Source: an uncultured virus (IMG/VR IMGVR_UViG_3300028840_003545)
Lineage: Duplodnaviria > Heunggongvirae > Uroviricota > Caudoviricetes
Virus record (IMG/VR): IMGVR_UViG_3300028840_003545
DNA length: 64,000 nt
Reading direction: 5' to 3' (one strand)
In this document: piece after piece, positions 18,102-27,687 of the stretch
Layout of the letters: every line of letters begins with the position of its first letter
Position numbering within the stretch: position 1 is the first letter of the stretch
The notes under the pieces: model-generated
Seen by the model: only the letters and a program-made list of their open reading frames with translations
Told to the model about the DNA's origin: nothing
The model's database searches: none
Translations under genes and position numbers: made by a program

Positions 18102-18415
18102 TGAAAAAGTTACTAGCAATATCACTGTTTGTTTTAGTTTCCACTAGTTGTGGCCCAAAGCAAGATCCTAATACGCCTCCACCCGATGTAAACGGTGACG
18201 TATGCACTAAAGCGTGCGCAGCATGGGAACATTTTGCCAAAACAGATGAAAGCTGTAAAAAAGAAGCAGAGCCTAATAAAGCAGGTAAAGAGTGTGATGT
18301 ATTATGTAGAGAAGTAGAATCCAGTGATTGGACTACAATGTATCCAGAATGCATCCCAAAGGCTGCTGATTGTAAGCAAGCCAAAAAGTTTAGCTCTGAA
18401 GGGTGCGGTCAATGA
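18098..18415 (+). CDS. Cys-rich lipoprotein
   Basis: MMKKLLAISLFVLVSTSC signal/lipobox; multiple further Cys. Confidence 0.7.
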   Translation: MMKKLLAISLFVLVSTSCGPKQDPNTPPPDVNGDVCTKACAAWEHFAKTDESCKKEAEPNKAGKECDVLCREVESSDWTTMYPECIPKAADCKQAKKFSSEGCGQ

Positions 18416-19680
18416 AATCACTACCAGTTTTGTCATCAGATACGCAATTAGGTATTCAGCAACAACTACGTAAACTTTACAAACGTATTGTAGAGTACAG
18501 TGGTATTATACCTGATTTACGTTTCAATAATACAAGTTACCAAGGATTGAGAAATTATCTTGATCCTATTCATCGCAGGTGTGAAAAGGTTGAATTTGGA
18601 GTAGGGTCATATACGCATAAAGTAACCGCTGTTAACGTTGCGTATTCTGGTGGAGTTTACAGTCCAACTCAAAATAGGATATATTTAGTACCATATTTAC
18701 AATCAGGTGAATCACAGTGGCATTACATTGATTGTAATACAGGTGAAGTAGTAGCTTATACACATGGGGTTACTGTTGTAGATTTTGCATATCAAGGTGG
18801 AGTTTATAGTCCAACTCAGAATAGAATATACTTTGTACCATCAGCGCAGGGTTCACAAGCTATTTGGCACTACATTGATTGTAATACAGGTGAAGTAGTA
18901 GCTTATGTAAATGGAGTTACTGCTGTAAGTTATGCATATTATGGTGGAGTTTATAGCCCAACTCAGAATAGGATATATTTTGTTCCATCTTGGCAATCAG
19001 ATCAATCACAGTGGCATTACATTGATTGTAACACAGGAGACGTTGTTACTTATACACATGGGACTATCGTAGTTAAGTATGCGTATTCTGGTGGAGTTTA
19101 TAGTCCAACCCAGAATAGGATATATTTTGTCCCATCTGATCAGGGAAATGAAGTTGAATGGCATTACATTGATTGCGATACAGGAGACGTAGACGTAGTA
19201 GCTTACAGACCTGGTATTACCACTGTTGCTTATTACACTGGTGGAGTTTACAGTCCAATTCAGAATAGGATATATTTTGTCCCATCTGATCAGGGAGATG
19301 AAGCTGAATGGCACTACATTAACTGTAATACTGGAGAAGTAGTAGCTTACACGCATGGAGCTACAGCTTTAGATTTTGCATATCAAGGTGGAGCTTATAA
19401 TCCAATTCAAAATAGGATATATTTTTCTCCAGCGGCTCAGGGTCCACAATCTATCTGGCATTATATCGACTGTAATACCGGTGAAGTAGTAGCATATGTT
19501 CATAGTATTACCGCTGTTGATTATTCATACAATGGTTGCATTTACAGTCCTATACAAAATAGAATATATTTTGTACCATATTCACAGGGTCCACAATTAG
19601 AATGGCATTTTATTCAAGATTATTCCGATGTGAAAGTTAGTAGAAATTTAATGGCCGGAACATTATTTAATAAATATTGA
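18412..19680 (+). CDS. Seven-repeat beta-propeller paralog 1
   Basis: Constant N-terminus MKSLPVLSSDTQLGIQQQ...; 7 x ~49-aa GGVYSPTQNRIYFVP-x8-WHYIDCNTGEVVAYTHG; constant C-terminus QDYSDVKVSR. Confidence 0.85.
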   Translation: MKSLPVLSSDTQLGIQQQLRKLYKRIVEYSGIIPDLRFNNTSYQGLRNYLDPIHRRCEKVEFGVGSYTHKVTAVNVAYSGGVYSPTQNRIYLVPYLQSGESQWHYIDCNTGEVVAYTHGVTVVDFAYQGGVYSPTQNRIYFVPSAQGSQAIWHYIDCNTGEVVAYVNGVTAVSYAYYGGVYSPTQNRIYFVPSWQSDQSQWHYIDCNTGDVVTYTHGTIVVKYAYSGGVYSPTQNRIYFVPSDQGNEVEWHYIDCDTGDVDVVAYRPGITTVAYYTGGVYSPIQNRIYFVPSDQGDEAEWHYINCNTGEVVAYTHGATALDFAYQGGAYNPIQNRIYFSPAAQGPQSIWHYIDCNTGEVVAYVHSITAVDYSYNGCIYSPIQNRIYFVPYSQGPQLEWHFIQDYSDVKVSRNLMAGTLFNKY

Positions 19681-19681
19681 T

Positions 19682-19999
19682 ATGATTCTTTTAAATGAAA
19701 GATGGAATTCCAAAGATGTAGACGTTCATATAGTTGAAAGTGATGAAGCTATAGTTGTATACAAGATAATAGTGTCTAAATCCAAAAGAGGTGAAGGTGT
19801 AGGCACTAAAGTAATGCAAGATATTTGCAAGTACGCTGACATTATTAGAAAGCGTATAGAACTTAGTCCATCTAAAGATTTTGGAGCTAGTTCCGTTACA
19901 AGGTTAAAGAAGTTCTACAAGCAATTTGGATTTGTAGAAAATAAAGGTCGTAATAAAGATTACGAGATATCGCATTCGATGTATCGTTTACCTAGTTAA
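19682..19999 (+). CDS. GNAT-family acetyltransferase
   Basis: IIVSKSKRGEGVGTKVM, LKKFYKQFGF. Confidence 0.85.
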   Translation: MILLNERWNSKDVDVHIVESDEAIVVYKIIVSKSKRGEGVGTKVMQDICKYADIIRKRIELSPSKDFGASSVTRLKKFYKQFGFVENKGRNKDYEISHSMYRLPS

Positions 20000-20013
20000 G
20001 TATAGAGGAACAC

Positions 20014-20481
20014 ATGCCGACTAAAATAGATGCCACAAAAATAACTGATTACATGTATATTGGAAGTGCTCCTAAGAAAGATGATCCTCTTCATTTATTA
20101 TGTAATATAGTTGTACTTACTGCAGTTGAATATCAACCTACTAGAGATTATTGGGAATATGTAGACGTAGTTAGGGCACCTATAGACGATACGATTCCTA
20201 TGGATGCATTTGATATGAAAACCGCTAAAAAGACTTCTGAATTTTTAGCAGATAAGATAAGAGAGGGTAACGTTGTTCTTAGCACATGTGCTATGGGAGT
20301 GAATAGAAGCTCTTTAATAGCTGCATTAACTATCATGAATCTACATCCAGATATAAGACCACAAGAAGTTATAGATTTAATTCGTGCTACTCGTGGTGTA
20401 GATTTAGCAGAGTTAGGTGTAAATATGTCACCTCTTTGTAATACGTCTTTTCAGAAATTCATTAAAAAGCAAAGGAATTAA
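20014..20481 (+). CDS. Dual-specificity protein phosphatase
   Basis: CX5R loop CAMGVNRS; ITDYMYIGSAP; PIDD acid loop. Confidence 0.85.
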   Translation: MPTKIDATKITDYMYIGSAPKKDDPLHLLCNIVVLTAVEYQPTRDYWEYVDVVRAPIDDTIPMDAFDMKTAKKTSEFLADKIREGNVVLSTCAMGVNRSSLIAALTIMNLHPDIRPQEVIDLIRATRGVDLAELGVNMSPLCNTSFQKFIKKQRN

Positions 20482-20485
20482 AATA

Positions 20486-20758
20486 ATGGCATCGTCACGT
20501 GGTAATCTATTACAAAGAATTAGCTTGAATGAAGAAAAATCTGAACAATTACTTACTCCAATTCGAGTAATTGATCATTCTACAAAAGATTCTAGTGCTA
20601 ATATTACTAGCGCTCAGGAATCAGATGTAGAAGATGAAACCAAGGAAGGTGTAACTGATTCAAGATGGTTTGAAATATTCACAGGTATAGCCATATCCAC
20701 TATTCCCATGGTATTAGGTGGTTATTTACTTCATGTATTGACTACTAAAAAAGAATAA
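20486..20758 (+). CDS. Small C-terminally membrane-anchored protein
   Basis: IFTGIAISTIPMVLGGYLLHVLTTKKE. Confidence 0.65.
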   Translation: MASSRGNLLQRISLNEEKSEQLLTPIRVIDHSTKDSSANITSAQESDVEDETKEGVTDSRWFEIFTGIAISTIPMVLGGYLLHVLTTKKE

Positions 20759-20764
20759 TTTGTC

Positions 20765-21253
20765 ATGTATAATAAAACGGAATTACCAAATTTTGTACAT
20801 CTTACAGATAAATATTTAGGAGAAACAGTCACACTTAAACCCAATTTACCTAGAGAACCATTTGAAGATGAATTTGGAAATCCGATAGAGGATACATCTA
20901 CTCCTAGAGTAAGTTTCGCTGATTCATTAGATTCTGCTTTGTTAGCTCTTAAAGGTTATGCACCTTATGAAGTTTATTACATATATGGGACAGACAAATT
21001 AAATGGACGCTTTGTTCCGAAATCTTTAGAAGATACTGATAATGCTGTAGATGTTATAAAGAGAAAAGGACTCTTACCCAAAGGATTTGATCAAAAAGAA
21101 GAAAATTTAATATTAGCAGTTGGTAGAGATAGATATAGAAAAGCTTTTATTGGAATAGTGCCAGATTCAGATACAACTGGCGAGATTTGGGCTAAAAAAC
21201 CAACGAAAGTAAAATATATTGGAAAATTGATTTTTAATAAGATTAAGCGATAA
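20765..21253 (+). CDS. Hypothetical protein, possible ADP-ribosyltransferase fold
   Basis: FVHLT...PRVSFADSLDSAL...YYIY...TGEIW, an H-S-E-like strand order. Confidence 0.35.
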   Translation: MYNKTELPNFVHLTDKYLGETVTLKPNLPREPFEDEFGNPIEDTSTPRVSFADSLDSALLALKGYAPYEVYYIYGTDKLNGRFVPKSLEDTDNAVDVIKRKGLLPKGFDQKEENLILAVGRDRYRKAFIGIVPDSDTTGEIWAKKPTKVKYIGKLIFNKIKR

Positions 21254-21255
21254 GA

Positions 21256-21954
21256 ATGGAGTTTATTATGCCTAATGAATTGCAGAGCCAAATTACTGAA
21301 ATATCATCACTAGATATGATTCGTTATTTTCATAAGGGATGGACTGTTTACTTTAATTCTGCCCCACCTAGCAGAGAAAGCATTTGGATTCTTTTGTCAT
21401 ATTGGGCTATTGTAACTGATTGGGGTAGTAATATTTATAATTACAATGTAGGTAATATATCAAGTGAAGATGAAGATGGATACGATTACATACACAGACC
21501 AGAATGTAAGTTACTTAAAATTGATGAAGCTAAAAAATTGAAAGACAAGGATCCAGGTCTTGTTAGTATCACCTATAACGGAAGCTCTAAACATGATGCT
21601 ATAGTATGGTTTTTACCTAGTCATAAGTTTAGTAGATTTAGAGCATATCAAAGTATAAGTGAAGGCATTGTAGATTATTTCTGTTATCTTGCACGCTCTT
21701 TACCTGACGAGACGTGGAAGCTGGTGCGGGAGGCGGACGCGAGCGCTCTAGCGGCGGATTTGGAGCGTCTAGGGTGGGTTTCTGAGCCCTTGATCACTTC
21801 TAAGGGGTGCGGTTTTGCTGACGCATTGAGTAAATATGTAACTGCATACAAAACTATAGATTTTGACTACGATAGTTTAGTAGCTTTTACTGAAGATGAA
21901 AAAGAACAAATCAAGAATTTGATTGGTTTGAGTTTAATTGGAGAAGTGAAATAA
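21256..21954 (+). CDS. GH73/FlgJ-like glucosaminidase homologue, possibly inactive
   Basis: WAIVTDWG...NYNVGNI...FRAYQSISEGIVDY...LERLGW; expected catalytic Glu absent. Confidence 0.45.
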   Translation: MEFIMPNELQSQITEISSLDMIRYFHKGWTVYFNSAPPSRESIWILLSYWAIVTDWGSNIYNYNVGNISSEDEDGYDYIHRPECKLLKIDEAKKLKDKDPGLVSITYNGSSKHDAIVWFLPSHKFSRFRAYQSISEGIVDYFCYLARSLPDETWKLVREADASALAADLERLGWVSEPLITSKGCGFADALSKYVTAYKTIDFDYDSLVAFTEDEKEQIKNLIGLSLIGEVK

Positions 21955-23213
21955 TGAAATCGTTACCAGTTCTGTCATCAAATACACAATTGGGTATTCA
22001 GCAACAGCTACGTAAGCTTTACAAGAAGATTGTAGACTATAGTGGAGTTATACCTGATTTACGCTTCAACAATACTAGTTATCAAGGATTGAGAAATTAT
22101 CTTGATCCTATTCATCGTAAATGTGAGAAAGTAGAGTTTGGGGTAGGATCATATACACATGGTGTCACAGCTGTTATATATGGATATCATGGAAATGTTT
22201 ATAACCCAACTCAAAATAGAATATATTTTGTACCCTATCTTCAAGGCGATAATGTTAATTGGCATTACATAGATTGTAATACTGGTGAAGTTGTAGCTTA
22301 TACCCATGGAGTATCTGTTGAAGATGGTGGATATAATGGAGGCGTGTATTCTCCTACTCAAAATAGAATTTATTTCGTTCCACATGCTCAAGGTCCAGAA
22401 CTACAATGGCACTACATTGATTGTAATACTGGTGAAGTTGTAGCTTATACTCATGGAGTATCTGTTAAACTTAGTGGTTATAATGGAGGTGTATATTCTC
22501 CTACTCAAAATAGAATTTATTTCGTTCCATATTCTCAAGCACCTGAATCTCAATGGCATTACATTGATTGTAATACAGGTGATGTAGTAGCTTATACGCA
22601 TGGGGTTACAGCAGTTAATTACGCTTACGTAGGAGGTGTTTACAGTCTAACACAAAATAGAATTTATTTAGTTCCATTTACTCAATCTGATCAGCAATAT
22701 TGGCATTACATTGATTGCGATACAGGGGAGGTTGTAGCTTATTCTCATGTCGTAGTTTCTGGCACTGGATATGCTGGAGGTGTATATTCTCCTATTCAAA
22801 ATAGAATTTACTTTGTGCCACAAAATTCAGAAGCACAATGGCATTATATTGATTGTAATACAGGTGAAGTAGGTAGTTATACACATGGAGCTTCAGTAGT
22901 AGGAATTTATGCATACGCTGGAGGCGCTTACAGTCCTGCACAAAATAGAATTTATTTTGTTCCTTATGGTCAATCTAATCAAGAATATTGGCATTATATC
23001 GATTGTAATACAGGTGAAGTTATTCCTTATAAGAACAGGGTAACAGTAGAAGCGTATGGATATTTTGGAAGTGTTTATAGCTCAACTGAAAATAGAATTT
23101 ATTTTACACCATATTCGCAAGGACCAGAGTCTGAATGGCATTACATTCAAGATTATTCAGATGTTAAAGTAAGTAGAAGTTTAATGTCTGGAGCATTATT
23201 CAATAAACTGTGA
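21954..23213 (+). CDS. Seven-repeat beta-propeller paralog 2
   Basis: Same architecture as paralog 1. Confidence 0.85.
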   Translation: MKSLPVLSSNTQLGIQQQLRKLYKKIVDYSGVIPDLRFNNTSYQGLRNYLDPIHRKCEKVEFGVGSYTHGVTAVIYGYHGNVYNPTQNRIYFVPYLQGDNVNWHYIDCNTGEVVAYTHGVSVEDGGYNGGVYSPTQNRIYFVPHAQGPELQWHYIDCNTGEVVAYTHGVSVKLSGYNGGVYSPTQNRIYFVPYSQAPESQWHYIDCNTGDVVAYTHGVTAVNYAYVGGVYSLTQNRIYLVPFTQSDQQYWHYIDCDTGEVVAYSHVVVSGTGYAGGVYSPIQNRIYFVPQNSEAQWHYIDCNTGEVGSYTHGASVVGIYAYAGGAYSPAQNRIYFVPYGQSNQEYWHYIDCNTGEVIPYKNRVTVEAYGYFGSVYSSTENRIYFTPYSQGPESEWHYIQDYSDVKVSRSLMSGALFNKL

Positions 23214-23222
23214 GGAATAAGA

Positions 23223-24503
23223 ATGAAATCGTTACCAGTTTTATCATCAGATACACAATTAGGTATTCAGCAACAACTACGTAAACTTTACAAACGCATT
23301 GTAGAGTACAGCGGTATTATACCTGACGTGCGTTTCAACAACACAAATTATCAAGGATTGAGAAATTATCTTGATCCTATTCATCGCAGGTGTGAAAAGG
23401 TTGGATTTGGAGTTGGTAGATATAATGGTGTGATAACAACTTGGGGATATTATGGTTCTGTTTATTCTCCTACTCAAAGTAGAGTTTATTTCGTACCTTC
23501 TGGTGAAGGAAATCAAGTGCAATGGCATTATGTAGATTGTGAAACTGGCAATTTAGTAGCATATACTCATGGAGCTACGGCAGTTCAGTATGCATATCAA
23601 GGTGGAGTTTATTCTCCAACACAAAACAGAATTTATTTCGTACCTGCTGTGCAAGGACCACAAGCTAATTGGCATTATGTAAATTGCAATACTGGTGAGA
23701 TAGTGGCGTACGCTCATGGCTCAAGTGCTACTAGTTACGCATATGCAGGAGGCGCATACAGTCCGACGCAAAATAGAATTTATTTTGCACCATATTATGA
23801 GTCTGATCAAGCTGTATGGCATTATATAGATTGCGATACAGGTGATGTGGTAGAATATACAAACAATAATGCTACATCAGTTCAATATGCTTATAATGGA
23901 GCAGTATATAGTCCAACACAAAATAGAATCTATCTGGTACCTTATAAGCAAGCCTTAGAGTCTATTTGGCATTACATTGATTGCGACACTGGTGAAGTAG
24001 TAGCTTATGAGCATGGACATTCAGATCTTTACATTAACGCTTATGCCGGAGGGGTTTATTCTCCAACGCAAAATAGAATATATTTTGTTTCTTTTAATCA
24101 GGGAAATCCTTTCAGTGAACCAACTACAAATTGGCATTATGTAGATTGCGATACAGGTGAAATTGTAGCTTACGAAGGTGTTATAACAGTTAATAGTTAC
24201 ACGTATGTAGGAGGTGTTTACAATCCAGTTCTTAATAAATGTTTCCTAATACCATATGGCGGAACCGCAGCATCTCAGTGGCATTATATAGATTGTACGG
24301 ATGGGTCTGTAGTAGCATACGAACATGGTCAGGTTTTAGCTGATTATGGATATAATGGTGGAACATATGATCCGATTTCAAATATTATATACATGAGTCC
24401 TGCTGTACAAGCAACTGCTAATTGGAGTAAGATTCAAGATTATTCAGATGTTAAAGTAAGTCGTAGTTTAATGTCTGGAGCATTGTTTAATGTTAATGTA
24501 TAA
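23223..24503 (+). CDS. Seven-repeat beta-propeller paralog 3
   Basis: Same architecture as paralog 1. Confidence 0.85.
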   Translation: MKSLPVLSSDTQLGIQQQLRKLYKRIVEYSGIIPDVRFNNTNYQGLRNYLDPIHRRCEKVGFGVGRYNGVITTWGYYGSVYSPTQSRVYFVPSGEGNQVQWHYVDCETGNLVAYTHGATAVQYAYQGGVYSPTQNRIYFVPAVQGPQANWHYVNCNTGEIVAYAHGSSATSYAYAGGAYSPTQNRIYFAPYYESDQAVWHYIDCDTGDVVEYTNNNATSVQYAYNGAVYSPTQNRIYLVPYKQALESIWHYIDCDTGEVVAYEHGHSDLYINAYAGGVYSPTQNRIYFVSFNQGNPFSEPTTNWHYVDCDTGEIVAYEGVITVNSYTYVGGVYNPVLNKCFLIPYGGTAASQWHYIDCTDGSVVAYEHGQVLADYGYNGGTYDPISNIIYMSPAVQATANWSKIQDYSDVKVSRSLMSGALFNVNV

Positions 24504-24518
24504 TGGAGAAGTGAAATA

Positions 24519-25796
24519 ATGAAATCGTTACCAGTTCTGTCATCAAATACACAATTGGGTATTCAGCAACAGCTACGTAAGCTTTACAAACGCATTGTAG
24601 AGTACAGCGGTATCATACCTGATTTGCGTTTTAATGATACAAGTTATCAAGGATTGAGAAATTATCTTGATCCTATTCATCGTAAAACGCAGAAATGTGA
24701 ATTTGGGGTAGGGCGATACAATACAGATTTAGCGCCTCTTATTGCTAATGCATACATTGGAGCAGTGTACGCTCCTACTTTGAATCGTATATATTTGGTT
24801 CCTTTTGAAATATCAAATCAAGCTAGTTGGCATTATATAGATTGCAATACTGGCAAAGTAGTAGCATATGCTCACAATCTTGGTGTAGACACTCCTGTAA
24901 ATCAAGCATATACTTGGGGAGGTTATGATCCTTACAATGATATTTTATGGTTTACACCAGCAAATCAAGGAACTCAAAGTAAATGGCATTATGTAGATGG
25001 TAAAACTGGTAAAGTAGTTGCATATGAACATGGTACAGGTGTTACAGTTGATCATCCTTACTATTCTGCAATATATTCTCCTAAGCAAAATAGAATGTAT
25101 CTTGTACCTCTTTTACAATTTGATCAAGGAAATTATCATTACATAGATTGTGAAACTAAAACAGTTGTAGCCTATACTCCAACAAATCCGTTACCGTCTA
25201 TTTCTGTTGGAGGTAGTTATGATCCAATCAATGATAGGATTTATTTTGCACCGTGGCCTTTTCCACCAACGTCGAATGATGGTTTTTCTTATATAAATTG
25301 TAAAGATGGATCTGTAGAAACTTTAGTATCAGATGAAATTGTTCAAGCAGCGTACGCAGGAGCAATTTTTAGTCCTACCTTAAGGAGAATATATTTTATT
25401 CCTTACAGGCAAACCGTGAATGATTTATGGCATTATATTGATTGTGATACAAATGAGGTAGTATTATATAATCATGGTGTTACTATTGTTGATTATGGAT
25501 ACAATGGAGGGGCATATTCAGCTGCGAGTAATAGAATTTATTTTTCTCCTTTTCTTCAGTACAATGAAACGTATTGGCATTATATTGATTGCAATACTGG
25601 AGAAGTTGCAGCTTATATTTCCGAGAATAAATTTCAATGCACTGGTGCTGTTTATGTTCCTAATTTATCTAGAGTGTATCTGACTCCAAGTTTAAGTGGA
25701 ACAGCTTCAAGTGATTGGATTTTTATTCAGGAATATACTGATGTTGAAGTTAGTAGAAGTTTAAGTGGTGGTTGTCTTTACAATAAGACACCTTAA
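24519..25796 (+). CDS. Seven-repeat beta-propeller paralog 4 (most divergent repeats)
   Basis: Constant N-terminus, 7 degenerate repeats. Confidence 0.85.
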   Translation: MKSLPVLSSNTQLGIQQQLRKLYKRIVEYSGIIPDLRFNDTSYQGLRNYLDPIHRKTQKCEFGVGRYNTDLAPLIANAYIGAVYAPTLNRIYLVPFEISNQASWHYIDCNTGKVVAYAHNLGVDTPVNQAYTWGGYDPYNDILWFTPANQGTQSKWHYVDGKTGKVVAYEHGTGVTVDHPYYSAIYSPKQNRMYLVPLLQFDQGNYHYIDCETKTVVAYTPTNPLPSISVGGSYDPINDRIYFAPWPFPPTSNDGFSYINCKDGSVETLVSDEIVQAAYAGAIFSPTLRRIYFIPYRQTVNDLWHYIDCDTNEVVLYNHGVTIVDYGYNGGAYSAASNRIYFSPFLQYNETYWHYIDCNTGEVAAYISENKFQCTGAVYVPNLSRVYLTPSLSGTASSDWIFIQEYTDVEVSRSLSGGCLYNKTP

Positions 25797-25838
25797 TAAT
25801 TCTAGATTTAGACTAATGTGTAATTAGGAGAGATTAAA

Positions 25839-26519
25839 ATGATTTGGGATACAGCTAAAGAGTACGGCTCTAAGGTATATAGTTGGTATGGTGAAAATAA
25901 TGATGCTATGGATGAAGTTGATAGAAAGGCTCAAGAGCTTTTCGATCAAGATATGAAAGCAGCTAGACAATTACCAGTAATTGGTGCATATTGGATGTTT
26001 GTAGAAGGTGATTATTGGTATGTTACTCATGATGATTTATCTATATCAGAAATGGCTTCAACCTATCTTCCTGTTGATAGAAATGTAGAGCCAGTATGGA
26101 ATAAAAGATTTCCAGAACTTTGGAATTATCAGCCTACTGAATTTCAATTTATGGCTACAAATTATGGATTAAAAAACTATCCTAATAAGGTAATAAATAA
26201 TGGCATATATTGGGGTCCACTCCCAAATGGTACCCCAGTTAGAATGCCTACTGAGTCTGTAGATATAGCAATGTCACATGGTGTAGTTATACCAAATCTT
26301 GATCCTGCTCCTGAACCGGATCTAGATGAAAATAAACCAATTGCTGTTCCTAATATATTTCCATCTGCTTTGGAAAGATCCCAAATATATTCTGGCAAAA
26401 TATCAGGTTTAATTAAAGGAAGTGAAGAACGAAAGTTTAATTATGTAACTTGGGGACTTGGCGGTGTAGCAATTTTAGGTGCAATTGGAACAGGTTTATA
26501 TTTTTGGAGGATAAAATGA
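25839..26519 (+). CDS. Membrane-anchored protein, possible degenerate LysM-like region
   Basis: WYVTHDDLSISEMASTY...ELWNYQ...GTPVRMP; C-terminal WGLGGVAILGAIGTGLYFWRIK. Confidence 0.6.
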   Translation: MIWDTAKEYGSKVYSWYGENNDAMDEVDRKAQELFDQDMKAARQLPVIGAYWMFVEGDYWYVTHDDLSISEMASTYLPVDRNVEPVWNKRFPELWNYQPTEFQFMATNYGLKNYPNKVINNGIYWGPLPNGTPVRMPTESVDIAMSHGVVIPNLDPAPEPDLDENKPIAVPNIFPSALERSQIYSGKISGLIKGSEERKFNYVTWGLGGVAILGAIGTGLYFWRIK

Positions 26520-27466
26520 GCGTTGATGAATATGTAGATGTAGATAATTTACCTGGTGACAAGATAGATAGAGAAGGTAATGATGAGGTAGCAGCGCAAG
26601 CTTTTACCGCTGCATGTACTGCTATGGGTGGGCCAGCGGCAGGCGGCTTATGTGATTGGTATACTCATGGTGGAGCGGAATGGATTCAAAATGCTATAAT
26701 GTCTATTTTACCGGATAGCTGGAAGGCTCAAGGTGTATACGATTGGTTTAATCTAATTGATCCAATTAGAACACCTGCAATGCAGATATGGCACGCTCAA
26801 TGGATAGCAGCAGAAGATTCTTATAGACTTTTATTAGAAAAGAAGGGACTTGTTAAGCCAAATGAAAAGACTCCAGACTATCTACTATGGAGTAATACTA
26901 GGTATAATTCAGATACAGGACAATCTGAACAGATAGGTGTTCAAAGATTTATATTAGATCCTAATCCTGCCGGACCATTTGGATGGTGGGTTAGACAAAT
27001 TGCAAACGAAAAATTTGGAATGGATAAATTTCGTGATGCAATGTGCGATGATTATAAACAGTTTGTTCAATTAAGATCTTTTGATGATTGTGTAGCTGTA
27101 ACAGGTGAAGATAATTGGAAATCATATTTTTGCGTAAAGCTTCAAGGAATATCTCAGACTCCTAGCGAAAATGATCTAAATGTAATGGCAAAATGTCTAT
27201 CTAGAGTTTTAGCTACAAGTAGACTTAATCCATTTAAAAAAGCTCAAGTTCTGGCATTGGATGCGGCAAGTATTGCTATTGACAAGGCTGTAGAGCAACA
27301 GCAAGCTTATTACAATCTAATAGAAAATATAGCTATTACAAAACCAGAACTTATAGTTCAACCACTTGCTAAAAAGAAGAAGATAAATTATTTAGCATGG
27401 GGATTTGGTGGCGTAGCAGCAATTGGAGCAATTGGAACAGGTATCTACTTTTGGAAGGTTAAGTAA
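26516..27466 (+). CDS. Membrane-anchored protein
   Basis: GGAGG RBS and ATGA overlap; C-terminal WGFGGVAAIGAIGTGIYFWKVK. Confidence 0.7.
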   Translation: MSVDEYVDVDNLPGDKIDREGNDEVAAQAFTAACTAMGGPAAGGLCDWYTHGGAEWIQNAIMSILPDSWKAQGVYDWFNLIDPIRTPAMQIWHAQWIAAEDSYRLLLEKKGLVKPNEKTPDYLLWSNTRYNSDTGQSEQIGVQRFILDPNPAGPFGWWVRQIANEKFGMDKFRDAMCDDYKQFVQLRSFDDCVAVTGEDNWKSYFCVKLQGISQTPSENDLNVMAKCLSRVLATSRLNPFKKAQVLALDAASIAIDKAVEQQQAYYNLIENIAITKPELIVQPLAKKKKINYLAWGFGGVAAIGAIGTGIYFWKVK

Positions 27467-27687
27467 TGATTAAAGCAAAATTCAAATGTGATCATGTAGA
27501 TTTAAAAGATGAAAATGAGTACATCACTCTAAATGTTGTCACAGACGATGGAGGAGAATGTAATAGACAATGGTCTAAATTTACTCCATCTGGTAGTCTT
27601 GATCTTGTTATATCTAATGAGAAAGCTCATGGAAAATTTGAAGTAGGAAAATGTTATTACGTGTACATTGAAGAGACTGAACAATGA
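27466..27687 (+). CDS. Small hypothetical phage protein
   Basis: AKFKC...WSKFTPSGSLDLVISN...GKCYYV. Confidence 0.65.
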   Translation: MIKAKFKCDHVDLKDENEYITLNVVTDDGGECNRQWSKFTPSGSLDLVISNEKAHGKFEVGKCYYVYIEETEQ

